20,000 bases of DNA from an uncultured virus (IMG/VR IMGVR_UViG_3300024261_000020) (lineage: Duplodnaviria; Heunggongvirae; Uroviricota; Caudoviricetes): positions 52,465-72,464 of IMG/VR virus record IMGVR_UViG_3300024261_000020. One strand, written 5' to 3'. Under the pieces are notes generated by a model. The model did not search any database, had not been told where the DNA came from, and was given only the letters and a program-made list of their open reading frames with translations. A program made the translations under genes and the position numbers. This document shows, piece by piece, positions 8,019 to 16,291 of the stretch; position 1 is the first letter of the stretch, and the number at the start of each line of letters is the position of its first letter.

Positions 8019-8708
8019 TTAAACATCAAAAGAATTTGTATATGCTCTACTTACCTTCTCTGCAAGTTCGTCGTTCAAAAGTAGTGCTGCTGACAATGGG
8101 TCAGAGCCGGCAAATGGGTCTGCTACTACATCACCCTCTGCTCCGCCATGCAATATGATGTCTCTCCATATTTCGTGAGGCTTCGGAGAGTCATTGGACG
8201 CTGGGTCATAACCAATCTCAGGAATAGCACACTTCTTTGTAGGCTTCTTATACTCAAACACATTGCGAGCACCTTTGACAAGGACTGCTGGCTTCTTTGG
8301 CTTGCAGAAATAATGGATGTACTCGACTGAATTCCTCCAGTGATACCCGCCACCAAACCTTTCTTTATCCCAAACGATAGTATTAAGGTAACGATAGCCT
8401 GCATCGAGCATGAGCTGTTTCGTCTTTTCATATCCATCACGATTGGAGAAAACATAGATTCTTCCACCATCATTCATTAAATCTTTAATCTTGACAAAAA
8501 CACTCTGAAGTTCCTTCCAGTCCATCCTATGATACATGAGGTCGGCACCTTCATGATAGGAGTGTCTCCCTGAGCCATTTTTGTTATCGAATGGATATGG
8601 AGGGTCGGTAATGACTAAATCTAATCCGCAGCCCTCACTGTCTATGTAATTAAGCCACTCGTTAATCGGTAAATTCGTCCGATCCAATATCAGTGTTTCC
8701 TGCTCCAT
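8019..8708 (-). CDS. N6-adenine/N4-cytosine DNA methyltransferase, beta class
   Basis: Motif IV DLVITDPPY near the N-terminus, IVWDK, PKP, motif I VADPFAGS near the C-terminus. Confidence 0.88.
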   Translation of the reverse strand: MEQETLILDRTNLPINEWLNYIDSEGCGLDLVITDPPYPFDNKNGSGRHSYHEGADLMYHRMDWKELQSVFVKIKDLMNDGGRIYVFSNRDGYEKTKQLMLDAGYRYLNTIVWDKERFGGGYHWRNSVEYIHYFCKPKKPAVLVKGARNVFEYKKPTKKCAIPEIGYDPASNDSPKPHEIWRDIILHGGAEGDVVADPFAGSDPLSAALLLNDELAEKVSRAYTNSFDV

Positions 8709-9366
8709 AATCTTTCAACCTCACAATTCCGTCAATGATTTCAACATAGGTCTGATGCGAGACCCAATCTCCAGTGTTTACATAAGTCTTGATAGAAATA
8801 TCATCCTTATCAGGAAGTCCCCAAATTACAAACTCTGGATGGTGCGAATGCCCCATTATAAATACGTCAACGTCTTTATTCTTTTTCAAAATATCCCAGA
8901 TACGTCGTAGCTTTCTCTTTTTAATCTTGTAATCTGACCACCAAGTAGTTATATCGAACTCTGTGATCTTTTCAATCGCATCGTGAACGATAGACAGTAG
9001 CGTCATAAATATTTTGTTCTGAAGAATAGGATGATCGTAGGCATCCCCATGCTCAACCCTAAACTTTCTTCCGCCTTCTTCAAATTCATATTTGTCAACA
9101 AATTTGATGCCGAAGAATTCTTTGCCAATAAACCCTCTGAGCGGGGTATCGTGATTTCCAACAACATAAATGATAGTCTTTGAGTAATCAACTGTGCGTG
9201 CGATTGCTAAAGCACGGTCAGTAAACTCAGGGACCTTGATGAAATCAATAATGTCCCCTGCTAAAATTAACTCATCATATTCGACTTCACTTAAAAAACG
9301 CAAAAGCTCAACCGCCTTAAAATATTGGCTGCCAATGTGAATGTCGGATATGACGACTCTCTTCAT
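8662..9366 (-). CDS. calcineurin-like metallophosphoesterase (LpxH/UDP-2,3-diacylglucosamine hydrolase-like)
   Basis: ISDIHIG, GDIID, GNHD, HGD, GHSH, YVNTGDW. Confidence 0.9.
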   Translation of the reverse strand: MKRVVISDIHIGSQYFKAVELLRFLSEVEYDELILAGDIIDFIKVPEFTDRALAIARTVDYSKTIIYVVGNHDTPLRGFIGKEFFGIKFVDKYEFEEGGRKFRVEHGDAYDHPILQNKIFMTLLSIVHDAIEKITEFDITTWWSDYKIKKRKLRRIWDILKKNKDVDVFIMGHSHHPEFVIWGLPDKDDISIKTYVNTGDWVSHQTYVEIIDGIVRLKDYGAGNTDIGSDEFTD

Positions 9367-9376
9367 TTATTTGTCC

Positions 9377-9721
9377 CTATCTATTCCATTCTGCGAATGT
9401 TGTCCTAATCTCTTCTGCAAAATCAATTCTAATCAATCTTACACCAGGGACCGTAAGCAGAATTTGTTTTGGTCCTTGAGTTTCCTCCAAGAAAATGTCC
9501 AGCCATTCCTCCGCACTCTTCTTGGTTCTGAAGATATCCGAAAAGATATCTTCTGACGGGATATGGATAATGCTCCATTGCCAATTAGGCTGGGCTCCCG
9601 AGTCTTTTAACTTGTATTTAGCTATTCCGAATACTGGAAAGTCCTTTACAACATAACCATCAACGGTTTTACTGTGACCATCCACTATCATCATTTCATC
9701 TTTTTCAAACTCTATGTTCAT
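9377..9721 (-). CDS. hypothetical protein, 114 aa
   Basis: ATGA overlap with the upstream gene; ends in TAG 10 nt before the next ATG. Confidence 0.75.
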   Translation of the reverse strand: MNIEFEKDEMMIVDGHSKTVDGYVVKDFPVFGIAKYKLKDSGAQPNWQWSIIHIPSEDIFSDIFRTKKSAEEWLDIFLEETQGPKQILLTVPGVRLIRIDFAEEIRTTFAEWNR

Positions 9722-10668
9722 TGAAGCAATCCGAGGTCTGTCCCCTCGAATGGCGAACCTTCGCCTGTAAGCTCTGCGATAATGATTCTTAGAAGCGCTT
9801 GCTTAATTAGATCATCATACTCTTCTTTCTTGAATTCGAATCTCAAAGCCCTATTCTTATCCCTTTGTTCTGACACCAAACCATCAATTTTCGAATCGAG
9901 GATTTGTCTCAATCTTGCAACTGTAGAGTGCAGCCTTCGAAGTTGCATCCCACCGTCCTTATCTTCCTTATAGAAACGATCGATTGCGGTGTCAAGATGC
10001 TTTAGCTTAGAATCAAGTTCGGGATCATTCTCTGCCATTCCTGGCGTTAACTTAGGTCTGTCTCCGCCATGAGTAGAGGTAAACTCTCCTGCGCCAGTTT
10101 CGTCAATCTTAACCCTTCTGATATGTTCTGGTCGCCCTTGCGCACCTTCCATAATTCTTGAAGCATTCGCAATCACAGACTGCTCAGCCTGCGGATCCAA
10201 TATCATAAACTTTGTTCCAGATGGTAAAGATGAGTAATCTGGTGGAATCTCAAGCATTGGTTGGTTAGCCTCAAAACGATGCACCTTACCAGGGTTGAAC
10301 ACTGCTGCTCTGAGCGCCGCTGTAGCTGGTGTGTCCAAATACCCGTACTCAGTCTTAACTCCAAAGTATCTTTCATAAGGAGTTGCCTTTCCTGGGTCAA
10401 GGACATATAGGTGAGGAAAACCTTTTCTTCTTGCTACCTCTGGAATCGTGATCCAATTGGAATTATTAGACATAGCGATTGCCTGATTGATATCTTTCGG
10501 CCTAAACCTTGTGGTGAAGTCTTCCATAAAGACTTCATGGTTTCCGAACTGACCCTCATCATAAGGGAGGAAATCGCCCATGAAAGAGCTTACATCTTCA
10601 TCATCATCAGTCTCTTGAGCAGCTTTGATCAAGTCCTCTAAAAGGGATTTTCTAATCTTTCTATCCAT
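9718..10668 (-). CDS. hypothetical protein, 316 aa; possible late/virion protein
   Basis: GGAG SD; TACTAATA upstream; N-terminal LIKAA followed by an acidic stretch. Confidence 0.8.
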   Translation of the reverse strand: MDRKIRKSLLEDLIKAAQETDDDEDVSSFMGDFLPYDEGQFGNHEVFMEDFTTRFRPKDINQAIAMSNNSNWITIPEVARRKGFPHLYVLDPGKATPYERYFGVKTEYGYLDTPATAALRAAVFNPGKVHRFEANQPMLEIPPDYSSLPSGTKFMILDPQAEQSVIANASRIMEGAQGRPEHIRRVKIDETGAGEFTSTHGGDRPKLTPGMAENDPELDSKLKHLDTAIDRFYKEDKDGGMQLRRLHSTVARLRQILDSKIDGLVSEQRDKNRALRFEFKKEEYDDLIKQALLRIIIAELTGEGSPFEGTDLGLLQ

Positions 10669-10709
10669 GTGATAGTCTCCAGATTTGGGTATTCACATGA
10701 GCTTCATGA

Positions 10710-10717
10710 TATTAGTA
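10710..10717 (-). promoter_or_regulatory. candidate late-promoter motif TACTAATA
   Basis: Intergenic, immediately after the previous stop, 41 nt upstream of ATG 10668. Confidence 0.55.
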
Positions 10718-11053
10718 TCAATCCTCGGTTTTTGAGTCCTCCTGAACAGCTTCGGGCTTTTGTTCCTCAGGCTCGGCGGCTACTTCTTCCTTCTTTCTTT
10801 CCTCAATCACATTGAGCTTACCCTTCAAGACTGTAACCGCCATATGAATGACCTCTTCTTCGTCTTCAAATGGAGCTAATGTCATCATGTGCTCCATCCT
10901 GGCTCCGTCGAACAGGCTGTCTTTTAGCTCCTGAAGCTTCCTCTCTACATCAATGATAGTCAAAGCGTCACGAAACATTCCATTGAGAGTGACCAATGTT
11001 TCTTCGTCATCAACAGAGTAAATGTAATTTCTTAGTTCAGTCGGATTGTTCAT
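10718..11053 (-). CDS. hypothetical protein, 111 aa, acidic, helical
   Basis: GAGG SD; short overlap with the upstream gene. Confidence 0.75.
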   Translation of the reverse strand: MNNPTELRNYIYSVDDEETLVTLNGMFRDALTIIDVERKLQELKDSLFDGARMEHMMTLAPFEDEEEVIHMAVTVLKGKLNVIEERKKEEVAAEPEEQKPEAVQEDSKTED

Positions 11054-12161
11054 ATAGTCGCCTCTCGATTACTTTACTTATTTCTTCCATGTCGCAACAT
11101 AGCAACAAACCTATATACTCATCTTTAAAGCATGACATTCTCGAAAATGTCTTAAATGATGTTAGAAATCTTTTAAGATAAATACCTTTAACCTTACTCA
11201 AGGTTTCTGGAGTGATCTCTGAAAAAAAGATTAAATAATCTGGATCATACTCTGGGGTGAGATTCGTTGCATTGAATAAATTGATGATGGCATATTTTGG
11301 AGGGCCAACATAATCCGCAGTATCCTCTGCTATTCCAACTTGAAGATACAGGTCCGCAATCTTATCTGCCAAGTCTTCTGAGAAGCCAAATCCGTACCTC
11401 TCCATATACTTAAATGCTCTACAGGCAGAGTTAATAGATATGCTATCGTGTCGCTCAAGGAAACTCTTTGTCGGAAAGATTGTCTTCTCTTCGAAAGTCC
11501 TCTCAGCTTTTTTTGTAAAGTGTAGTAAGCCATTGTAGTAGGCTGCTCTTGTATGGTGAAAATCAAATGTAGAAAAAACTTCCTCTAACGAATCACAGGT
11601 TCTTCTTATAATCTGAAAAGCATTCCTCATTTTAATTCGCTTTCTATACGGAATTACAATTGGCTCAAACAAGCCGAACACTGACGGAACCGCTATTTTT
11701 CCTAAAAGTTTAACTGTATGCTCAAGCCTATATGTGTGTGCGAATCTGCTAACCTTCAGAAGGTCAGAGGAAATGCCGAAGCTTTTCTCAAATGATTTCT
11801 CGGAAGCAAGACTTTTCTCCACAAGTCCTGCGTTTTCTTTAAGGCCAAAGGGATAAAGCTCCTGACTTGTGATTATTTTCATCTTTCTTAAAGAATGGTT
11901 CTCCGGAATCCAGATATCTATATCTCCAAATTTCGCAATACCTTTTGTCGCTTCATCCTTTAACCGTTTATCCTCAAGATTTATGAGACTCACATCTAAG
12001 TCTGCAAAAAACTTATCCCAATCTTCTACGGTCTTATGCAAATATAGCAGCCACGTAGCAAACCCACCTGCTATTATTAAGTTTTGATTTGTAATTTCCT
12101 TTGGTAGGAAATACTCCGCAACCCTTACTACGTTAGCATTACTGGCTTGAATTATATTCAT
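11037..12161 (-). CDS. Pol-beta-superfamily nucleotidyltransferase-like protein (CCA/poly(A) polymerase head-like)
   Basis: IIAGGF...GDIDIW (GG + DxD), later FQII and TFDF..TRAAY, R..KY..RYGF. Confidence 0.7.
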   Translation of the reverse strand: MNIIQASNANVVRVAEYFLPKEITNQNLIIAGGFATWLLYLHKTVEDWDKFFADLDVSLINLEDKRLKDEATKGIAKFGDIDIWIPENHSLRKMKIITSQELYPFGLKENAGLVEKSLASEKSFEKSFGISSDLLKVSRFAHTYRLEHTVKLLGKIAVPSVFGLFEPIVIPYRKRIKMRNAFQIIRRTCDSLEEVFSTFDFHHTRAAYYNGLLHFTKKAERTFEEKTIFPTKSFLERHDSISINSACRAFKYMERYGFGFSEDLADKIADLYLQVGIAEDTADYVGPPKYAIINLFNATNLTPEYDPDYLIFFSEITPETLSKVKGIYLKRFLTSFKTFSRMSCFKDEYIGLLLCCDMEEISKVIERRLYEQSD

Positions 12162-12162
12162 T

Positions 12163-12173
12163 TACTAATAAAA
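12163..12173 (+). promoter_or_regulatory. candidate late-promoter motif TACTAATAAAA for the only plus-strand gene
   Basis: Lies in the 34-nt divergent gap, 22 nt upstream of GTG 12196 (SD AGGAG). Confidence 0.6.
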
Positions 12174-12195
12174 CCTTTATGCTTAGGAGCAGTCA

Positions 12196-13122
12196 GTGGA
12201 CAAAGAACTTAAATACCTTATTGATATCCTAAAAGAAGCCAACCTTAACCGCGAAGCCGACGAGCTTACGCACTTGCTAATCAAGTCTGCAAATATCGTT
12301 GGCGGAGACCTTGAGGCGTGGAAAGCAGTTCTCAATGAGATCGAACGTCCTCACGAAACTCAGGTGCAAACTAAAGCTATAGTATACCTCGTTGAAGCTG
12401 CAAAAAACCTTAAAGATGCAGCGGCGCTAAAAGAAGCTGACCCTGAAGATATTAAAGATTCTGCTGAGAAGCTTAGGGTTGTAATGTCAAATATGAATAT
12501 GACATCAGAGGATTTCTTTGTTAAAGAAGCAGGAGCTATGGCTCTGCTCGGCAAAGCTGCTCCACTATTCAGTTTCTTAATAGCCATTAAGAATGTGTAT
12601 TATGGCTTTCAGGAATTCAAAAAAGTACAGGGTAAATCTGGTGACGTTGGCCTTAACTGGATGGACACACTACAGCCTGCAAAAATGATGAGCAAAGCTA
12701 AAGAGTATTCCGAGTCTCCAGTCGAACTCAAAACCGTTGTAGAACTTACAAAATCTGGCAGCTTACTGTGGGACGAAGGAATTTCTTTTGTCGTCAATCT
12801 TCTTGACGGGTTTAAAGATATCCTCCTATTGATGCCGACAGTATTGGGATATTTCGCAGGTCTTGGAATTGGAGGCTTGACAGTCTCCGCAATAGACTTT
12901 GGTATCTCTATGCTTCTATGGCTCGCTGTTGAAGCTCCTGCCGAGAAGTTCATGAAGACTCTTTATCTGCCAAACCTTGAATTCATTACCGGTACAGCAC
13001 AAATGGCAATTGCTTCCCTTATTGAGCAGCAGGCGCCTACGCCTGATGATTCGGAAGAATTGCCATTAGCCGATGAAGATGAGAACTTTGACGCCGAAGC
13101 TTGGTGGGCTTCAATCGCGTAA
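12196..13122 (+). CDS. hypothetical protein, 308 aa, with shared N-terminal helical module and a C-terminal hydrophobic hairpin
   Basis: Fills the gap between minus-strand genes; AGGAG SD; hydrophobic segment ILLLMPTVLGYFAGLGIGGLTVSAIDFGISMLLWLAV. Confidence 0.85.
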   Translation: MDKELKYLIDILKEANLNREADELTHLLIKSANIVGGDLEAWKAVLNEIERPHETQVQTKAIVYLVEAAKNLKDAAALKEADPEDIKDSAEKLRVVMSNMNMTSEDFFVKEAGAMALLGKAAPLFSFLIAIKNVYYGFQEFKKVQGKSGDVGLNWMDTLQPAKMMSKAKEYSESPVELKTVVELTKSGSLLWDEGISFVVNLLDGFKDILLLMPTVLGYFAGLGIGGLTVSAIDFGISMLLWLAVEAPAEKFMKTLYLPNLEFITGTAQMAIASLIEQQAPTPDDSEELPLADEDENFDAEAWWASIA

Positions 13123-13161
13123 AACAAAGGCTACGTCATCCTATAACATCTTATGGGAAAT

Positions 13162-13410
13162 TTAGAAAACTTTGGCGAATAGACTCTTTACCGAAAAAAC
13201 AGCAGAAACATAAGCCTTGTCATGCCACTTAGGAACAAGCTCCTCGTCACGGTTCCTCTCTGAGCGCTGTCTAATTACAGATAACTCGTGTTCCGTCATC
13301 ATGAGAGTTTCGTAATGCCCATCCTCATCAAACACGAGAACCTTGTGATAACAATGCTCCGAGTTAATCTCTCTCACCTTGTTAATAGACTCGAATAATT
13401 TACCGATCAT
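13162..13410 (-). CDS. hypothetical protein, 82 aa
   Basis: GAGGAG SD; short overlap with the upstream gene. Confidence 0.7.
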   Translation of the reverse strand: MIGKLFESINKVREINSEHCYHKVLVFDEDGHYETLMMTEHELSVIRQRSERNRDEELVPKWHDKAYVSAVFSVKSLFAKVF

Positions 13411-13777
13411 TTATGATCTCCTCTGGTATCAGCAAAGACAAACGTGTAGCCATGCATAAAATCTCTTTAACTTCCCCGATCAAAATCTTGCCCTGATTGC
13501 TCGGTTCATTATGTGTATAAAATTCTCTTCTTACCAAAGTCCAAGTAAATCTTAGTCTCGCTGGTCCCAAAAATCCAAGAGAAGGGGGATACGATAAGCT
13601 ACTAATTGAAATAAACCTTACAAAGTGTCCTGTACCCTTAAGTCGTCTCTTTATTTTTTGGCAAGCTGCATCTACAATTGGAAGCCAGCAATCACCACAT
13701 AGAATTTCTGTATGATAACGATTATTAAACATTTCAGGATACTTGTCATATATTTTTTGCTGAAGTTCATCTCTCAT
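13400..13777 (-). CDS. hypothetical protein, 125 aa (KYPEMF...CGDCW...LRF pattern)
   Basis: Start moved to ATG 13777 (ATGA overlap with the AlkB-like stop). Confidence 0.7.
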   Translation of the reverse strand: MRDELQQKIYDKYPEMFNNRYHTEILCGDCWLPIVDAACQKIKRRLKGTGHFVRFISISSLSYPPSLGFLGPARLRFTWTLVRREFYTHNEPSNQGKILIGEVKEILCMATRLSLLIPEEIINDR

Positions 13778-14343
13778 ACAAATGCCCTTGCTGTTACAGA
13801 AATTCTTTTGCCTGAGTACTTCCCATGATAAGGAACCTCGTGCGTGTGCGTGCGGTTGGTCTCCCAAGGTATGACAACTACAGAACCGTTAGAGACAATA
13901 TAGTCCTCAAAACCTTTACCCTTACCGCGCTCCCTAATTCGGAAGGCTCTGTCTGCACCAAGTGATGCGGTAATTATATGCGAGCCCTTTACGAGTCCTG
14001 TGGTGCTATCCGTATGCCTACCTATGTAGTGCTTTAGATCGGAGTCGTACCAGTTAAGAAGCAACCCGTTATATGCAGGATTGAATGTCTGTGCCCATAG
14101 CAGAAACGGCTCAAGTTCTTTTGTGATCGGCAGCGCTTCGCTTGTCTGGTTTGAAAAGAAATAATTTTTCCCATAGGCTTGTTGCCATCTTGGGATAAAG
14201 ACTTCTTTGTCAAACATCCTGATCGCATTGAAATGTGACGGACGAATCTCCCATAGCTTTTCGAACTCATCCTTGTCAAGGGTTAGATGCTCCGGCAATT
14301 TTCCGACGAGGAATCTTGCTCCAGCTATGGTTATCTCATTCAT
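13774..14343 (-). CDS. AlkB-like 2OG-Fe(II) dioxygenase
   Basis: PRWQ, YN..LLNWY, HTD (HxD), SLGA.R.F, H(EVP), RISVTAR (RxxxxxR); GAGGT SD before ATG 14343. Confidence 0.88.
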   Translation of the reverse strand: MNEITIAGARFLVGKLPEHLTLDKDEFEKLWEIRPSHFNAIRMFDKEVFIPRWQQAYGKNYFFSNQTSEALPITKELEPFLLWAQTFNPAYNGLLLNWYDSDLKHYIGRHTDSTTGLVKGSHIITASLGADRAFRIRERGKGKGFEDYIVSNGSVVVIPWETNRTHTHEVPYHGKYSGKRISVTARAFV

Positions 14344-14353
14344 TGTTACCTCT

Positions 14354-14575
14354 CTATACGACTTGCCACGTATCCTCAATGAGTTCTCGCCTCAAAGCCT
14401 CATACTCTGAACCTTTATCTATGTAGACGATGCCGATATAATCAGTGCCATCAAATCCGATCTCTTCCATTTCTATAAGCACACTAAGGTTCTTAAACAT
14501 CTTAGCGTAATCATATAGATCGTGATAGTCCTTTACCTTAAGGGCATAAGGAATATTTAGCTCAACCTTCTTCAT
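14354..14575 (-). CDS. hypothetical protein, 73 aa; likely paralog of 14918..15097
   Basis: AAGGTGG SD before ATG 14575; the longer start in the track overlaps the upstream gene. Confidence 0.7.
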   Translation of the reverse strand: MKKVELNIPYALKVKDYHDLYDYAKMFKNLSVLIEMEEIGFDGTDYIGIVYIDKGSEYEALRRELIEDTWQVV

Positions 14576-14921
14576 TGAAAACCACCTTGAACTTAACACC
14601 GTTTTCATCATAGTAGAAACATTCAAAGCCATCAATGTCAGCTCTCCAGCTACTATCTGATCCATACTCAAATGGCACTTCCAGCCAACCCTCTTGTTCG
14701 TCCGCCCAGGCATTGTTTGAATCAATCGCTGCGTTCCAGAACTTCTGACGATAAGCCAACCTGTCTTTTAAGATCTTTACCTTCTCAAGAAAGTCGTCCT
14801 CTTCTGCGAACTTCACTTTCTCTTTTGAATAGTGATCTGCATCTCCGTGCATAAACTCTGCTACAATCTCCCACATCAACTTAGGGGCTCTGGTCTTTAC
14901 TGGTACAAGATCATATTTCAT
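14562..14921 (-). CDS. hypothetical protein, 119 aa, acidic/aromatic
   Basis: GAGGA SD; ATGA overlap. Confidence 0.75.
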   Translation of the reverse strand: MKYDLVPVKTRAPKLMWEIVAEFMHGDADHYSKEKVKFAEEDDFLEKVKILKDRLAYRQKFWNAAIDSNNAWADEQEGWLEVPFEYGSDSSWRADIDGFECFYYDENGVKFKVVFNEEG

Positions 14922-15097
14922 CTTTTAAGTTCCTCTTCGATATAAATTACGGCGACGTGTTCTTCTCCGTCTTTACCAATGTACTGCACACATAGTTCAT
15001 CAGAAATCAAATGCAGAATTCGCTGAATATATGGCAACTCTTCGTAATTCTCAAAATAGAATTCGTATGGAAGATCTACTTCTAATATCCAAATCAT
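14918..15097 (-). CDS. hypothetical protein, 59 aa (MIWILEVDLPYEFYFENYEE...IGKDGEEHVAVIYIEEELKR), absent from the ORF track
   Basis: GGAG SD; fills the gap exactly; ATGA overlap with the next gene; aligns with 14354..14575. Confidence 0.75.
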   Translation of the reverse strand: MIWILEVDLPYEFYFENYEELPYIQRILHLISDELCVQYIGKDGEEHVAVIYIEEELKR

Positions 15098-15112
15098 CCT
15101 TTCTCCATGTTA

Positions 15113-15340
15113 TCATTCTAAATATAATTTAACCTGCACAATTATCGATAGCCTTTGCGCCGCAAGCCTTTTTGAACGAGCATTACTATTCATTACAAAT
15201 TCAAGCTTTCCGTCATTTGATAGATAAATCCTATCGAATTTTTCGAAAATCCTCACATCCATAATCTCGAACGACTCATTATTCGTAAGAGATTCGTAAG
15301 CAGCTTTTTCCACGTCTGCAATGAAGCTCCTATCCAGCAT
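15113..15340 (-). CDS. hypothetical protein, 75 aa
   Basis: Tight packing in the small-gene array. Confidence 0.65.
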   Translation of the reverse strand: MLDRSFIADVEKAAYESLTNNESFEIMDVRIFEKFDRIYLSNDGKLEFVMNSNARSKRLAAQRLSIIVQVKLYLE

Positions 15341-15342
15341 TT

Positions 15343-15537
15343 TTATTTTTTTCTTCCTTCGTTTCGTCTTTCCTGCTCTCTCAGCTTAGCACATCTGTCG
15401 TAATGATATTTCCGTACATCCTCAGGCCACTCATCAGTTGTGTGATCCTCAAAAGTCACAATAACCCAATATCTCTCCCTGAAAGGAAGAAGCTTTTTCA
15501 GAATGAACCGTTTGATCATCCCCACCTTTCCTTCCAT
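15343..15537 (-). CDS. hypothetical protein, ~58-64 aa (start may be ATG 15519)
   Basis: Tight packing; AGGTGGGG upstream of ATG 15519, which overlaps the previous stop as ATGA. Confidence 0.6.
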   Translation of the reverse strand: MEGKVGMIKRFILKKLLPFRERYWVIVTFEDHTTDEWPEDVRKYHYDRCAKLREQERRNEGRKK

Positions 15538-15734
15538 TCTTCAAATGACATTGACTTTTCCGGAACATAAGGTGAAATATCAAAATTGTGAAAAGGACAT
15601 GAGCCATTAACTACGTTGTTCTCAATAAGATATCTCTGGACCTTTTCGGCATCCTCTTTTGAGTTAAGAACAATATGAGCCGAATGCTCGTCTCCAGACA
15701 CAGATGTCATATCAAAAGTTAAAACGTGTATCAC
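15516..15734 (-). CDS. hypothetical protein, 72 aa
   Basis: GTGA overlap; GGAG SD. Confidence 0.65.
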   Translation of the reverse strand: MIHVLTFDMTSVSGDEHSAHIVLNSKEDAEKVQRYLIENNVVNGSCPFHNFDISPYVPEKSMSFEEWKERWG

Positions 15735-15994
15735 TCATCACTCCAAATACTGCTACTATCCCATCGCTTGACTTTGAGACATATGGTACAGCGCTTACCG
15801 TCCATCATCTTCTGTTTCCCATATCCATCATCCCATTCCCACCTGTATGGTGAAACAAAATCCTCTGGATGATCGCAATTTACCGAAAGGTCCTTTTTCA
15901 ACAGAGAGATTGCATCGTTACATACCTTAGAGTATTGCTTACGAGCCTCTATCCATTCAGATAGCTTAGCAAGTTTCTCAGCTCTACTTAGCAC
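15731..15994 (-). CDS. hypothetical protein, 87 aa, possible Zn ribbon (CDH...CTIC)
   Basis: TAAGGAG SD before GTG; CxH and CxxC pairs. Confidence 0.7.
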   Translation of the reverse strand: MLSRAEKLAKLSEWIEARKQYSKVCNDAISLLKKDLSVNCDHPEDFVSPYRWEWDDGYGKQKMMDGKRCTICLKVKRWDSSSIWSDE

Positions 15995-16006
15995 TTTCTC
16001 TCCTTA

Positions 16007-16291
16007 TTACGTTAATGAATTGTAATAGTCCCAAATTGAAGAATCAAATGGAGATAACAGATCCATCATGGATTTAAACATATAATGCGCAGCATCATCA
16101 TCGGCATATCCTGAAGACTCTATTTCGTTTAAATGCTCTAAAGCTTGCCCATAAAGCAAATCAAATTCCATTATCTTCTATTCGTCAGAATAATCTGAGA
16201 GCGGCCTAATCCACTTTTCAACAGATTTAAGTTTCTCAAGTTTTAATTCTAACCTTTTGATTTCCTCTTCAAGAGCTTCTTTCTTGCCCAT
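16007..16291 (-). pseudogene. 94-codon frame interrupted by an in-frame TAG at codon 38 (16178-16180); pseudogene, readthrough gene, or two tiny genes
   Basis: MGKKEALEEEIKRLELKLEKLKSVEKWIRPLSDYSDE*KIMEFDLLYGQALEHLNEIESSGYADDDAAHYMFKSMMDLLSPFDSSIWDYYNSLT; GGAGG SD upstream; fills the gap between neighbours. Confidence 0.6.

Noticed and set aside
10462..10470. TCTAATAAT inside the 316-aa gene, plus several plus-strand CTAATA hits antisense to genes
   Set aside because: No SD+start at a matching distance; consistent with chance in AT-rich DNA
831..16180. Genome-wide TAG recoding (code 15)
   Set aside because: Long genes are intact under code 11, and TAG at 9377 and 14354 ends genes about 10 nt before the next start; only one in-frame TAG was found
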